Shown in pieces: positions 13,352 to 25,210 of a stretch of DNA of 64,000 nucleotides (the first letter of the stretch is position 1; each line of letters begins with the position of its first letter). The stretch comes from Dictyostelium discoideum (taxonomy: Eukaryota), in contig CM000153.2 of assembly GCA_000004695.1 (NCBI GenBank), forward strand, positions 3,456,001 through 3,520,000, in the 5' to 3' direction. The notes under the pieces are model-generated. The model had not been told where the DNA came from. It worked only from the letters and a program-made list of their open reading frames with translations, and ran no database searches. Made by a program: the position numbers and the translations under genes.

Positions 13352-14119
13352 ATGTTTAAATTAAATTTTAAAAATAATTATAAAGTTTTAACACTTTTAT
13401 TCTCTTTGACTCTTTCAATGTTTGTTTCAAATGCTCAAGTTTATTACCCAGGCTATTTAAATAATGTATCTAGTATTTCAACGGTTTCTGCAGATTATTT
13501 CCCACTTTTAGTTCACAATCCTCCATTAACCAATTCTACAACTTATTCTTTTAATGAGGCTATTAATTTACTTGACACAGTTACTGATCCAATTTTTAAT
13601 GCTACTCAAATTCAAGCATTACTTAATACATGGGCCTCAAATGTTAAAGCCGTTATTGGTCTTTCTTTACCAATTTATGTTACACAACTCAATAGAATTA
13701 ATCGTATTGATTTACTCTCAATTCAAATGTATACAGAAACCAATAGTGCCTTCATCCTCAGTGCTACAACCTATGCTCCATTAAAACCACAAGGTGTGTC
13801 AATTCTCAACCAAGTTAATGCAATTAAAGCTTCATTGAATGGTATTACTTTAACAACTACTCAACAAGCTCAATTGACTCAATTCAATGCTGCAATTTCT
13901 AAAATTCAACTTTCTGTCTCAAATAGCCATTTAATTACTTTTGGTGCTAATGATGTTATTCCATTCAACTCTGACTCTTTATCTTACATGGAATATATTG
14001 CTGATGATATTTTAACATTAGATGATGCTATTGATATAATTAAACAAAATAATGTTAGAATTTTAAATTATATTTATGATTTATATTCAACACACAAAAC
14101 TTTAAGCTTAAATTTTTAA
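13352..14119 (+). CDS. S-family secreted protein (divergent member), 255 aa
   Basis: The ORF has a signal peptide (LTLLFSLTLSMFVSNAQ). Size and N/S/T/L/I-rich composition match the other S members. The C-terminus DSLSYMEY...LYSTHKTLSLNF resembles S-family ends (DSLTSDEDYMGNM...LYSRSLLFTRL). It sits about 1.1 kb downstream of an L gene. Confidence 0.5.
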   Translation: MFKLNFKNNYKVLTLLFSLTLSMFVSNAQVYYPGYLNNVSSISTVSADYFPLLVHNPPLTNSTTYSFNEAINLLDTVTDPIFNATQIQALLNTWASNVKAVIGLSLPIYVTQLNRINRIDLLSIQMYTETNSAFILSATTYAPLKPQGVSILNQVNAIKASLNGITLTTTQQAQLTQFNAAISKIQLSVSNSHLITFGANDVIPFNSDSLSYMEYIADDILTLDDAIDIIKQNNVRILNYIYDLYSTHKTLSLNF

Positions 14120-14917
14120 ATGTAAAAAATATATATAATCCAATAGCGTAATCTTTTATTTTATTTTTTTTTTATCGAAATTTAATCAACCAAAAAAAAA
14201 AAAAAAAAAAAAAAAAAATAATTAAAAAAAAAAAAAAAATAATAATAATAAAATAAATAAATAAAACAAAAAAAAAAGAAAAATAATAAAGACCAATCTT
14301 TTTTTTTTAATTTTTTAAATTTTTGATGTGTTTTGGTTGAGGTTTTTTTTTTTTTTTTATTTTCATATCTGATTTTCATTTCCAGGGGGTTTTTTTTTTT
14401 TTTAATTTTTTGAGTTTTGGTGTAATTTTAGAAATTTTATTATAAAAAAAAAAATTTCTTTGCAGGATGTGCACAAAAACCTGCATTTTAAAACTAAAAA
14501 AAAAACCATTTGCGAGATATTTTTTTATTAAAAAAAAAAAAAAAATATCTTATATTTGTTTTATATTTTTTTTTTTTTAATATATTTTTTTTTTTTTTTT
14601 TATAATATATTTTTTTTTTCTCCCCTTAAAAATAATCCTAAAGAACAATGATCATTTGAAAACAAAATCTATTTATTTTTTTTTAAAAAAAAAAAAATAG
14701 AAAAAAAAAAGGTCCAATTACACCACACACATAAGTGGTAGGATCAGCAAACTCATGGGCCACAAACTTTTAAACCCTTATTACTTGTATACACTTCCTA
14801 TTTACATAGCGCAACTCTATAGATTTTATTGGATTGATTAGATAGCGGGTTCAACCTCATCAGTTTACAGATCATATCACTAAGCGCCAAGGTATTTTTT
14901 TAAAAAAATTTACATAT

Positions 14918-14963
<46 letters not shown>

Positions 14964-15618
14964 TTAATAATTAAAATAAATATTCCGAATCAAAACAATA
15001 TTTTTTTTTTTTAGTCAATTAATTTTGATAGGCCATAATTTGGTTTTTGTATTGTTTATTCTTTTTTTTTTTTTCCTTTTTCCTTTTAAATTTTTTTTTA
15101 TATTTTCGCATATCCTCGGTCGTTCAAGGCACTCCTCCAATTCCAAGAATATATATTTTTTTTTTTTTTTTTTTTTAATTTGCTTGTTGGGTTGGTTTTT
15201 ATGGTGTTTTTTTTTTTTTTAATTATTTGAACAAATATCAACCGAAAATTTACCCTTTTTTTTTTTTATAATAAATTTTAAAAGAAAAAAAAAAATATTT
15301 TCCTTTGCAGGATATGCACAAAAATATTCATTACAATTAATACGATGATGGAAAGTAATTTTGTAAATTTGAAGAGTTTAAAGTTATAATAAAAAACCTA
15401 ATTGGTGTATGCTTTCTAACTCTCCTTTTTTTTATTTTTTTTTTTTTTTTATTTTTTTTTTTTTTATAATGGGTTTTTTTTTCTTGGCCATCGAAAACAT
15501 ATCTATTTATTTATTTTTAAAGATACCCCAATAATTTTTCTTGCGTAACGAGTATTATTTTTAAAAAAAAATTTTTTTTTAAATTTTTTATATGTATATT
15601 TATATAAATATTTATATA

Positions 15619-15676
<58 letters not shown>

Positions 15677-15926
15677 GAATTTTTTTTCTTAAGAGCAAAT
15701 ATAGCAAAAAAGAAAAAAGACGTTATTAATTATTAATACCAATGCGGATTGAGTTCTCGGTGATTTTGAAAATATCTTCAATCAAGTGACTTTTTTTTTT
15801 TTTTAAATTTTTAAAATTTTAATGTATTTTTTGAATAAAAACAAAAAACTTTTTTTTTTTTAATTGTTGTCGTTCTCACACTTCAATAAACTGATATTGT
15901 TGTACAACAATTTACAATTTTATTTA

Positions 15927-15957
<31 letters not shown>

Positions 15958-15997
15958 TTTCCAACCAAAAAAAAATAAAAAAATAAAAAAAAAAAAA

Positions 15998-17428
15998 ATG
16001 AAAAATAATGTTTTTTTTTCAATTTTATTTTTAACCATCAGTTTTTTGATTTGTGTTCCAAATGCAACATCTCAAACACTTTCAACAGCCATCACATTGA
16101 AAGTTGATTTCGGTTCTATAACACCATATGTCAATAGTGAGTGTGGTGGCATTTTGGATAGTAGCGATACCACAATCTATCCACCATGTAAAAGTTTTAA
16201 AGACGCAGGCAATAGAGCCAGACAATATCTCAACAGTGGACTTGCAATTCCAAATAGTAACTACCTCACCATCAGTGTTATTAATACTGCAATTACACCA
16301 AACATTGACGGTGAATCAGCTCAACTTGGAAACCTTTTTGGATTTTGTACTGTCGATATTTTAATTGCCACCACCACATCACGTGCAATTGTAGATGGAA
16401 CTTTATCAACATCTCACTTTGTCAGTCTCCAAGAACCAAATGTTCCAAACACATCATACCAATGTAGTTCTGGAAAAACATTAAGAATTAGAAATATTGA
16501 ATTTAAAAATTGGGGTAACCAAACAATCGTATACACCAATTTAAATCAAGTTTTCAATAGCCTCACCAAGCAATCCATTTTCTTCGCAACAGTATACACA
16601 TGGTTTTCCAACAGTATTATCAACGTTCAACCAAAAGGCACAAACTTTGAATATGGATCTGTAGCTTTTCAATGCAGTATTTGCTATTTTAATAACATCA
16701 ATTCATCATTAACTTTACCACCATTCAACTTTAATGGTGCCAATGTAGTTATTATAGGCTCTCGTTTCCTTAATTCCATATTAAACTCATCACCATTTAT
16801 TTACTCAAATATCGGTCTCTTCAATTTAAAGGCAACAAGTTTAATTGATAATGTCGTTATCAATAATGGTCATCCATTTGTAAAAACTTTGAATGTTGGC
16901 GATAATTTTTACTACACTGGCGTTACAGTCTCCAATTGCCAATTCTCAAAATTTATACAACACGAAAATAACAAAATCAATGCTCCAAGAGAATCTGCAA
17001 TTCTACATATCTCAACTATGTATTTAATTAATAACATTATCACCTCAAACTACAATGATCCAACAAATTCATTTTTTTCATTCCAAAATTTCATTGGTGC
17101 GTCTTATACCTTGGATTTTAATACTATATCTTCATCAGGTAACATCGTTCTCGGTCAAAACAAATCTTTTATTTCTAATCAAAATTCAAATTCCACGAGC
17201 TCTTTCTCAGAACCTCCAAGTGATTTCCAAATAGGGTTTAACACTGAAAATTCACACACTGATATATTATATTCAAGCGTTTTATCAACCATTCCTTTTG
17301 TTGGATCCAATTCAATCTTTACTTTCTCCTCCTCTGGTGATTGTATTATCGCAAACACTGCAAATTATAACCATTGTGGTACCTGTCAAATTATAGTTGA
17401 TTCTGATATAAAATATGATAATCTATAA
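15998..17428 (+). CDS. L-family secreted glycoprotein, subtype B, 476 aa (inverted duplicate of 4993..6417)
   Basis: This is an intact ORF with signal peptide. Residues of about 25-330 are roughly 95% identical to the 4993..6417 product. The last third is only about 50% identical. Confidence 0.7.
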   Translation: MKNNVFFSILFLTISFLICVPNATSQTLSTAITLKVDFGSITPYVNSECGGILDSSDTTIYPPCKSFKDAGNRARQYLNSGLAIPNSNYLTISVINTAITPNIDGESAQLGNLFGFCTVDILIATTTSRAIVDGTLSTSHFVSLQEPNVPNTSYQCSSGKTLRIRNIEFKNWGNQTIVYTNLNQVFNSLTKQSIFFATVYTWFSNSIINVQPKGTNFEYGSVAFQCSICYFNNINSSLTLPPFNFNGANVVIIGSRFLNSILNSSPFIYSNIGLFNLKATSLIDNVVINNGHPFVKTLNVGDNFYYTGVTVSNCQFSKFIQHENNKINAPRESAILHISTMYLINNIITSNYNDPTNSFFSFQNFIGASYTLDFNTISSSGNIVLGQNKSFISNQNSNSTSSFSEPPSDFQIGFNTENSHTDILYSSVLSTIPFVGSNSIFTFSSSGDCIIANTANYNHCGTCQIIVDSDIKYDNL

Positions 17429-17639
17429 GCAAAATAAATATTTTTTTTAAAATCAATTTTTTTTATTAAATATAATAGAAAAAAAAAAATAATAATAAAA
17501 AAAAAAAAAAAAAAAAAAAAATCATTATCTATTTTCTTTTTTTTTTTTTTATTTTATTTTTTATTATATTTTTATTTAAAACAAAAATAAATCAATTTTT
17601 TTTTTTTTTTTTTAAAAAAAGAGATAACCACCTTTAGCA

Positions 17640-17770
17640 CAATGAATAATCAGTGAATAGTTATAATTTTAAAAAAAAAATTTTAAAAAATTTAATAGAA
17701 CAGGATAACTTTCATTTAAAGATAAAAAAAAAAAATTTTCAAATTATAATTATTCACTGATTATTCATTG
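17640..17770. repeat. 30-bp near-perfect inverted repeat (29/30) with 71-bp spacer; MITE-like or hairpin
   Basis: The left arm is caatgaataatcagtgaatagttataattt (17640..17669). The right arm is aaattataattattcactgattattcattg (17741..17770). The arms contain non-low-complexity sequence. The element lies about 210 bp downstream of the stop of 15998..17428. Confidence 0.75.
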
Positions 17771-18238
17771 GCTAATTACAATCAGCAAAAAAATATGGGT
17801 TTTATTATTACGCAACACATTCAAAAATAAAAAATTAAAATAAAAATAATTATGTTCAAAATTTTACCGCCTGCAAAGAAAAAAAACAAATCATAACAAA
17901 TTTGTTTATTTTTTTTTTTTTTTTTTATTTTATTTTTCTTTTTTTTATTTTTCTTTTTTTATTTTTCTTTTTTTTTCAAAAAACGGTTTAACAAAAATAC
18001 ACAATTTAAATGTGTTGTATTGCGTAATAAAAAAAAAAAAATCAAAAAAAAAAATATCTTTTGTGAAGTTTGCACATCGACGAACTATTTTCCTTCCCTT
18101 TTCGGTTTTTTTTTTAAATTTATTATTTTGATTATTTTAATTTTTTTTTTTTTAAATTTATTTTTTTGATTATTTTCCTATTCTTTTTTTTTTTTTTTTT
18201 TTTTAGATTTATAATTTTTATTTTATTTTCTTCCTTTT

Positions 18239-18285
<47 letters not shown>

Positions 18286-18511
18286 ATTTAGTTTCTTTGA
18301 AGGTTCATTGAAATATATACAATATGAAAAAATTCGAGTCTATATTTAACCACATTATCTAGATAAATAGTTCGCGAGCAAAACACGAAAGTAACTTTTT
18401 TTATTTTTAAAGAAATGAACAACCTACTTTACTAAGAAATTGATCAAATGGTTTTTTTAATTTATTTTTATTTTTTTTTATTTTTTTTTTTTTTTTTTTA
18501 AGATATTTTCT

Positions 18512-18564
<53 letters not shown>

Positions 18565-18786
18565 ATGAGACAATTTTTTAATATTTTAACCAAATTTTTT
18601 TTTTTTTTTATTTTAAAAATAAATATACTCTTTACACTCTTTGCTTTTTAATTATCTTAATTGTAAGTTTCCATCATTTATTTATTTTTTGTTTTATTAA
18701 TTTTCTTTTTTTTTTTTTTTTTTTTTTTCATACAATAATAAATTTCATAAATTAATAATTTTTAATTTAAAGAACCAAATACAGAA

Positions 18787-19530
18787 ATGACAATAACCAA
18801 TTATCCATTTGTTACTGGTTCAAACCTTACATCACCATGCGATATTCCTCGTGTCGCTCTTCTTGCTTATACAAACCAAAGTCTTGCATTAAATGCTGCT
18901 GGAGGTACAATTGAAAGCGCATCAGATTTATTCTCAATCACTCTTTGCAAATATTATTTGAATAGCGTCGTTTCTCTCTCTCCAACCAATGTATTTGGTG
19001 GTGTTGCACATTATTCCAGTTTAACAACACTTATGAATAATCTTGACTCTGCCGCTGATACCATTCTCAATGCACTCTACGCATCCATCAATACTTGTGG
19101 TACTTTCACTGATTTGACTGCAACAAAATTCGACACACTCTCAACAGCCTTTAGTGGTTATAGAACAACTATTTTATCACTCCAAACTAGTTCTAATACT
19201 TTAAAAACAGCAATCACTACAACCAGAGACAGTTTAACATTGACCACTGACATTTATAACACTGTAAAAACATGTTACACAAATGTTATCACTGCTTTAG
19301 AAGGTTTGAGTGCTCGTTTGGGTCAAGTTGCATCTTTACTTAATACTCATAACGCAAATTTCCCAACATTTAAGGATAATGTTACCTCTTATACTGATCC
19401 AGAAGGTCCAGGTGATCAAAGCAATTATATGTCTTCAATGAACTATTCCATGGTTACTTATTTGATTAGCTCAAATACCATTTTTTCAAAACTTTATTTT
19501 TATAAAAGATTACGTGGTGTTATCTTTTAA
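18787..19530 (+). CDS. S-family protein lacking an in-frame signal peptide (possibly 5'-truncated), 247 aa
   Basis: The ORF begins MTITNYPFVTGSNLTSPCDIPRVALLAYTNQ. This aligns to the mature N-terminus of the other S proteins (VTNYIPAIGRDLINPADIPRAALPTYSNQ). It also has LCKYYLNSVVSLSP and the C-terminal SKLYFYKRL. No upstream in-frame ATG or signal was found. Confidence 0.5.
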   Translation: MTITNYPFVTGSNLTSPCDIPRVALLAYTNQSLALNAAGGTIESASDLFSITLCKYYLNSVVSLSPTNVFGGVAHYSSLTTLMNNLDSAADTILNALYASINTCGTFTDLTATKFDTLSTAFSGYRTTILSLQTSSNTLKTAITTTRDSLTLTTDIYNTVKTCYTNVITALEGLSARLGQVASLLNTHNANFPTFKDNVTSYTDPEGPGDQSNYMSSMNYSMVTYLISSNTIFSKLYFYKRLRGVIF

Positions 19531-19619
19531 ATATATTAAATTTAATTTAATTAAATAGATCTGTAATTTTAGAAAAGATTCATAAAAATAAATAAATAAA
19601 GAAATTGTCTTCTTTTAAA

Positions 19620-19658
<39 letters not shown>

Positions 19659-19929
19659 TTATAATTTTATTCACAATTAGCGCCACCCTCACCAAAAAAT
19701 CTTGAGATTTTAAAATTTTTTTTTTTGAATTTTTTTTTTTTTTGAAATTAAAAGATTTAGATATTTATTTTTTTTTTTGATAAACGGGAAAAAGTTGTAA
19801 AAAAAAAAAATTCGAAAAAAAAAAAAAAATTAAAAAAAAAATTAAAAAAAAATAAAATTAAAATAAAAAAAAAAAAAAAAAGCCAACATCACTTTTTTTA
19901 ATTTTTTTTTTTAATGTTTTTTTCGCTTG

Positions 19930-19962
<33 letters not shown>

Positions 19963-19965
<3 letters not shown>

Positions 19966-21627
19966 ATAAATCAACCAAATTATTTATTATTTTTTTTATT
20001 ATTTATTTATTTAAATATTTTGGTTGTGAATTCAGATGAAAATATCTTTGTAAATTACAATGTTAATAGAAATTATATTAAACCAGAGGAATGTGGTTCA
20101 TTGGAAATTCCATGTGTTTCTTTAGAAGATGCTGGAAATAAAGCAATTTTAGAAAATAAAAATGGAATTGAAAAAATTATTATCAATATTATTGGAAATA
20201 TCAATGGGTCTACATCGGCATCATTTGGTAATTTATATAGTTTTTGTGGTGTTTTGGAAATTAATTCCTATGACACTCAAAAAATAACGATTGATGGATC
20301 AAATTCAAATAACCCATTTATTAATATTCAAGAGAATCAGTATGAAAGTTGTTTAATTCCAAAAAAATTTCCGATTAGAAATATTAATTTTAAAAACTGG
20401 GAGCAAACATTGGTAAATATTAATATCAACCAAGAAACAAATCAAACTGTAAATGTGGAATCACTATTTATATATTTTACCAATAATACCATGAATTCTT
20501 TAAGTAATATTATTTCTGTTTATCCAAAGAACATGGGAGAGATTTTCAATTCAAAATCAATTTCGATACAGTTTGATAATTCTTTGGCTGAAAAATTAAA
20601 ACCATCGTCAACTTTTGCACCAAATTCAAATACTGATTATTTACCACCCATTTATGTTGTTGGAGCTACAATTAAAAGTATACCTAGTTTAAATGATAAT
20701 AACTTTACCACCACTCCTTTTATTTATCTCAGTCAGGCAATTTTAAGATCTTCACTTCAAACAATCACTAACAACAATTTTTGTTATCCATTTGCAATTT
20801 CAACAAATAAGAGTACTGTGAGCTTTGCAAATTTGTTTGCACCTTTTGACAATAATAAGATTAAAACTCTTCTTTTCATTTCTGACTCATATAATGTTGA
20901 TAGTCTTTTCTTTAACTTTACCAATAATATGCCAGCCGTTTGTTCCAGTAAACAATACCTAGGTAATATATTTGATGACTCTTTTATCACAGTAAAAAAT
21001 TCTTTCAATTCGACTCTTATTACTGGTATTTCACCAAATAAACCTTTACCTGTTTCAATATTTAATAGTGTCACCGAATTAAATTCAATTGATTTAAACC
21101 GTTTTAATTTTAATATTGTCAATAGTGTTGTCATCTTTCGTTTTAATCTTACACTTTCTGAATGTACTATCACTGGAAGTAACTCTGCTCTATACCTAGA
21201 ATATAATGAAACTTTGTGTAGTTGCCCAGGTTGTGACTACTATATGAATGAAAGAAAAGCTTTCTCAACAGATTGCAATCCACCAACTGTAACTCCAACC
21301 ACTACAGGTATAGATACAACCAGAGAACCATCACCATCACCATCATCATCATCGTCATCATCTCCAAAAAATAACTCCATTAGAAACATTGTCATAATTA
21401 TTGTTATTTTGGGGTCAGCATCTATTGCTTCAATTGTACTCTTTTCTTTCATCTACAAAAGACATAAAAATAAAAAGTATATACTAAATTCCATTTCTTC
21501 AAGTAATACTATGAGTGAAGAAGATAATGACTTAGCAGGTGCAGCTGCCGATAATGATGTATCACCAAATCTCGAATCTACTACTGCCTTTGAAGATGAT
21601 GATTGTGCACAATTAGAACATATTTAA
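19963..21627 (+). CDS. L-family type-I membrane glycoprotein, 554 aa
   Basis: It has a signal peptide. Motifs are EECGSLEIPCVSLEDAGNKA, LGNLYSFCG, FKNWEQT, YPKN, LPPIYVVGA and C-S-C-P-G-C-D-Y-Y. A Ser/Pro stretch precedes the TM helix (IVIIIVILGSASIASIVLFSFI). The tail is YKRHKNKKY...DNDVSP...FEDDDCAQLEHI. Confidence 0.7.
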
Positions 21628-21653
21628 TTTATAATCAATTGTTTTTTTTTTTC

Positions 21654-21701
<48 letters not shown>

Positions 21702-21836
21702 TACATAATCATTCACACTAATTTGCAAAAAATAAAATAAAATAATTAACTATTAATATTATCATTTGAATCATAGATTTTTAATTTCACTTTTTAATTT
21801 AATATTTAATAAACTAAAAAAATAATAAATGGCAAC

Positions 21837-21881
<45 letters not shown>

Positions 21882-21973
21882 CCAAATTTTAAAAAACCCC
21901 CAGGTTTTTATAATTATGGTTTTTTTTTTTAGGGGGGCCCCCCAAAATTTTTATTCCTTTTTTTATGGGGGGG

Positions 21974-22016
<43 letters not shown>

Positions 22017-22481
22017 AAATAATAATAATAAGAATTAAACATTAAACCAATAAAAACAATCCCACATTGTTATAAAAAAAAAAAAAAAATTTTTTCAACT
22101 ACCATCGGTAAGAAACTTTTTAGCAAAAAATAAAAAAACAAACATTGGATAAAAAAAAAAAAAAAAAAATTAAAAAAAAAAGATTATGAAAACCGATTGT
22201 TTTTTTTTTTTTTTTTTTAATATTTTATTATTTTCTAAGATCCAAAAATACCAAATATTACCCCCTTTCCCTAAAAAAAAAAAAAAAAAAAAAATTAATA
22301 GAAAAATATTGTTTATCACAGGTTAAGAGGATATTTTTTCAAAGATCCTAATTTTTTGGCAAACGAAATTGATTTTTTTATTTATTGCGACGATCCTTTT
22401 CTTCTTTTTGATTTTTATTTTTTTTTATTTTTTTTTTTATTTTTTATTTTTTTTTTCAAAATATCTAACTTCCAAATTTTT

Positions 22482-22529
22482 TTATTATAAAACGATCAAT
22501 ACCACTTAGGAACACAAGAACTCTTTTTT
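22482..22529 (+). promoter_or_regulatory. Conserved upstream element of duplicated L-soluble genes (copy 1)
   Basis: The element is ttattataaaacgatcaataccacttaggaacacaagaactctttttt, 105-150 bp upstream of the ATG at 22635. A near-identical block (43/48) sits at the same offset upstream of 30954. In both cases it is flanked by poly-T. Confidence 0.4.
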
Positions 22530-22634
22530 CTTTTCTTTTTTTTTTTTTTTTTTTTATTTTTTTTTTTTTTTTTTTTAATGTAATTTTTCTTTTTTTTTTA
22601 TTTTTTTTTTTATACATTAGATTTACTATAAAAA

Positions 22635-24047
22635 ATGTATAAAGGATTTAATTTTCTTTTTTTGATTTTATTTTTATTGTTAGCATTTAATATCTCATTC
22701 ATAGTTTCACAAAACACTATTTCAGTTAATTATAATGTGCAAAGAAATTATAATTCATTTGAAGAATGTGGTTTAATTGGTGAACCAGTTTGTACATCAT
22801 TGGAAGATGCAGGTAATAGAGCAATTTTATTATCAAAAACAAGTAACCCAACAAACTTCATCAATATCATTGGTAATATTGATGGATCAACACCTGTCAC
22901 ATTTGGTAATTTATATAATTATTGTGGTAGATTGTTTATTAGATCAAGTAATAGCAATATAAGTATTAATATTAATGGATCAAATTCGACTCAACAACCA
23001 TTCCTCACCATTCAAGAAGCTGATCAACCAAATTCGACTTTTCCATGTTCAATTCCAAGAATATTTCAATTCCAATATATTAATTTTACAAACTGGAACC
23101 AAACACTTGTAAATATTAATATTAATCACGAAACAGATTTAAATTCAGTTAATCCATCAAAGAGTTTAACAGTTTATTTTCAACTTGTAAACATAATTTC
23201 TTCAAGTAGTATTTTAAAGATTTATCCAAAGAACTTTGGTGAAAATTATAATTTACAAGCAATTACTGTGGCATATTTATCAACAATTGGTATAGATTTA
23301 AAATCATCATCGGTTTTATTTTTACCAAATTCGACCCAATTTTATTTACCACCAATTTATTTAGTTGGTGCATCAATAATTTCAATTTTAAGTTTATCAG
23401 ATAGTACATTTGAATCAACACCATTTATTTTCTCTGACAATGGAAGTGTATCTTCAGTAGATTCCGAAGTTTCAAATAATAACTTCTATTCATATCCATT
23501 CATTATGGCCGTCAATGGTGGAAAGGTATTACTTCCTATCCTTTCTTTTACAAATAATAGTCTTTCAACTTTTGTTTACTTTTCAAATTTTAATAATCAA
23601 CCATCAATTAAAGTTACATTTTCAAATAACATCTTTGGAAATTCATTCATTCAGAATAGTAAATTTATGAAATATAAATATGAAAATTCTATTTTTGTAA
23701 TAAAAGATAGTGACTTTTCCACCATTGATCTTTTAGGTTATTCAATTTTAAATCAAAACACCATCACCAACGATTTAATATACATAGTAAATAGTAGTTT
23801 AAATTTAGATAATAGTGTAATTAGATCACCAATGTTAGTTCCTCAACATATAATTAATTCAATTAATAGTTCAGTTTCAATTATTAATTTTAACCTTACA
23901 ATCAGCGAACTACCAATTGTTGGTTATAATTCAAATATACATCTATTTAGTTCAGTTTTCACAAACAATGTTTATTGCGGTTGCCAAGGCTGCTCCTATT
24001 ATATTCAATTGGATTTGGTTAATTTAAATCAGTATTCATCTCAATAA
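22635..24047 (+). CDS. L-family secreted glycoprotein (soluble type), 470 aa; copy 1 of duplicated module
   Basis: It has a signal peptide. Motifs are FEECGLIGEPVCTSLEDAGNRA, LGNLYNYCG, FTNWNQT, YPKN, LPPIYLVGA and C-G-C-Q-G-C-S-Y-Y. It has no TM. It is near-identical to 30954..32375. Confidence 0.7.
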   Translation: MYKGFNFLFLILFLLLAFNISFIVSQNTISVNYNVQRNYNSFEECGLIGEPVCTSLEDAGNRAILLSKTSNPTNFINIIGNIDGSTPVTFGNLYNYCGRLFIRSSNSNISININGSNSTQQPFLTIQEADQPNSTFPCSIPRIFQFQYINFTNWNQTLVNININHETDLNSVNPSKSLTVYFQLVNIISSSSILKIYPKNFGENYNLQAITVAYLSTIGIDLKSSSVLFLPNSTQFYLPPIYLVGASIISILSLSDSTFESTPFIFSDNGSVSSVDSEVSNNNFYSYPFIMAVNGGKVLLPILSFTNNSLSTFVYFSNFNNQPSIKVTFSNNIFGNSFIQNSKFMKYKYENSIFVIKDSDFSTIDLLGYSILNQNTITNDLIYIVNSSLNLDNSVIRSPMLVPQHIINSINSSVSIINFNLTISELPIVGYNSNIHLFSSVFTNNVYCGCQGCSYYIQLDLVNLNQYSSQ

Positions 24048-24409
24048 TCTCTAAAACTATTAAATTAATAACTTTCTTAAAAAATTTTTAAAAATAAATA
24101 AAATTTTTTATTCAGTTTAATTGGTGTATTATACTTTTATTTATTTTTTAAAATAACTCTTTTAGTCTGATAACAATAATGATGGTATAGTATTAAAACT
24201 TTGAATCTACATTTTCAAATAACCTTTTTAATAGAAATTTTCAAAACAAAAAAAACTAATATGTAATTTTGAACAATTTTCTTTTTTTCTTTTATTTTAT
24301 TTATTTATTAATTTTTGATTTAAAACTAAAACCAATTAATTATAAAAAAGAGTTTAGAATAAATTTTTTTATATTTTTATTTTATAAACATTTTAATTTA
24401 TTTGAAGTT

Positions 24410-25210
24410 TCAAAACAATTCTTTTAATCTGGTAAATAGTAATGATCTACTATAAAGGCTATTGGCATATATAAAAATGAGCTTCATGTAAGAATTCATA
24501 TTTCCCATATAATCTTCATCTGATGTAAGAGAATCAACATAAAATTCTACTTCTTCTTTACAAGTTGGCATTAAAGATAAAATATCACTAAGTTCATTTT
24601 TAATTAAATTAAAACGGTTTGAAATTAAAATAACAGATTTGATAGCCAAATCATAATTATCTTTAACAACTTGAACAGTGGCTGCATTGGGAGTACTTGG
24701 TAATAAAGAATTTTTTGTTGAATTCATTGCTGAGGCCAAAGATGTTGCTGATTGTTTTATTGTGTCAATGCTTGATTTTAAATTATTAATTGATGTTGAA
24801 ATTGTATCAAATTTTGAAGGGTCATAATTGGTGTATTTTGTAATTGTATTAATATTACCAATAGTATTATTTAAAATGGCAAAGGCAATGTTGTTGGCAT
24901 CATTATATAATGATATTAAATTATTATAATGAGATACGGCTCCAAATGTATTACTTGTCGAGAGAGCTACGATATTATTTAAATAATATTTACTAAATGT
25001 AATATTAAACACCTCCTCTGGCACTTCATAACTAATAGCTTTAGAAAATTGTAAAGCATCTAATTGATTTGAGTATGTAGGTAATGCAGCACGGGGTATA
25101 TCGGCAGGGTTTATAAGATCTCTACCTATTGCCGGTATATAATTTGTAACTAATGAATTTGAAAAACAAACTAAAGAAAGAATAATGACCAAAGGAATTT
25201 GAAAAAACAT
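24410..25210 (-). CDS. S-family secreted protein, 266 aa; copy 1
   Basis: Signal peptide is MFFQIPLVIILSLVCFSNS. Motifs are DIPRAALPTYSNQ, FSKYYLNNIVALSTSN and C-terminal SRSLLFTRLKELF. It lies between the two L genes of the module. Confidence 0.7.
   Translation of the reverse strand: MFFQIPLVIILSLVCFSNSLVTNYIPAIGRDLINPADIPRAALPTYSNQLDALQFSKAISYEVPEEVFNITFSKYYLNNIVALSTSNTFGAVSHYNNLISLYNDANNIAFAILNNTIGNINTITKYTNYDPSKFDTISTSINNLKSSIDTIKQSATSLASAMNSTKNSLLPSTPNAATVQVVKDNYDLAIKSVILISNRFNLIKNELSDILSLMPTCKEEVEFYVDSLTSDEDYMGNMNSYMKLIFIYANSLYSRSLLFTRLKELF

Noticed and set aside
14690-14900. Possible tRNA or snRNA in the GC-richer island (gcgggttcaacc T-arm-like, atcagtttacagatcat U2-like)
   Set aside because: No acceptor or anticodon stems complement the candidate T-arm. 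The U2, U5 and U6 hallmark boxes are absent. I left it as an unexplained island in the findings rather than calling an RNA gene.
24048-24409. Looked for a downstream exon adding stalk/TM to the soluble L genes (22635, 30954)
   Set aside because: There is no donor at the stop and no coding-like sequence in the 360-bp gap before the convergent S gene. I conclude these encode secreted forms.
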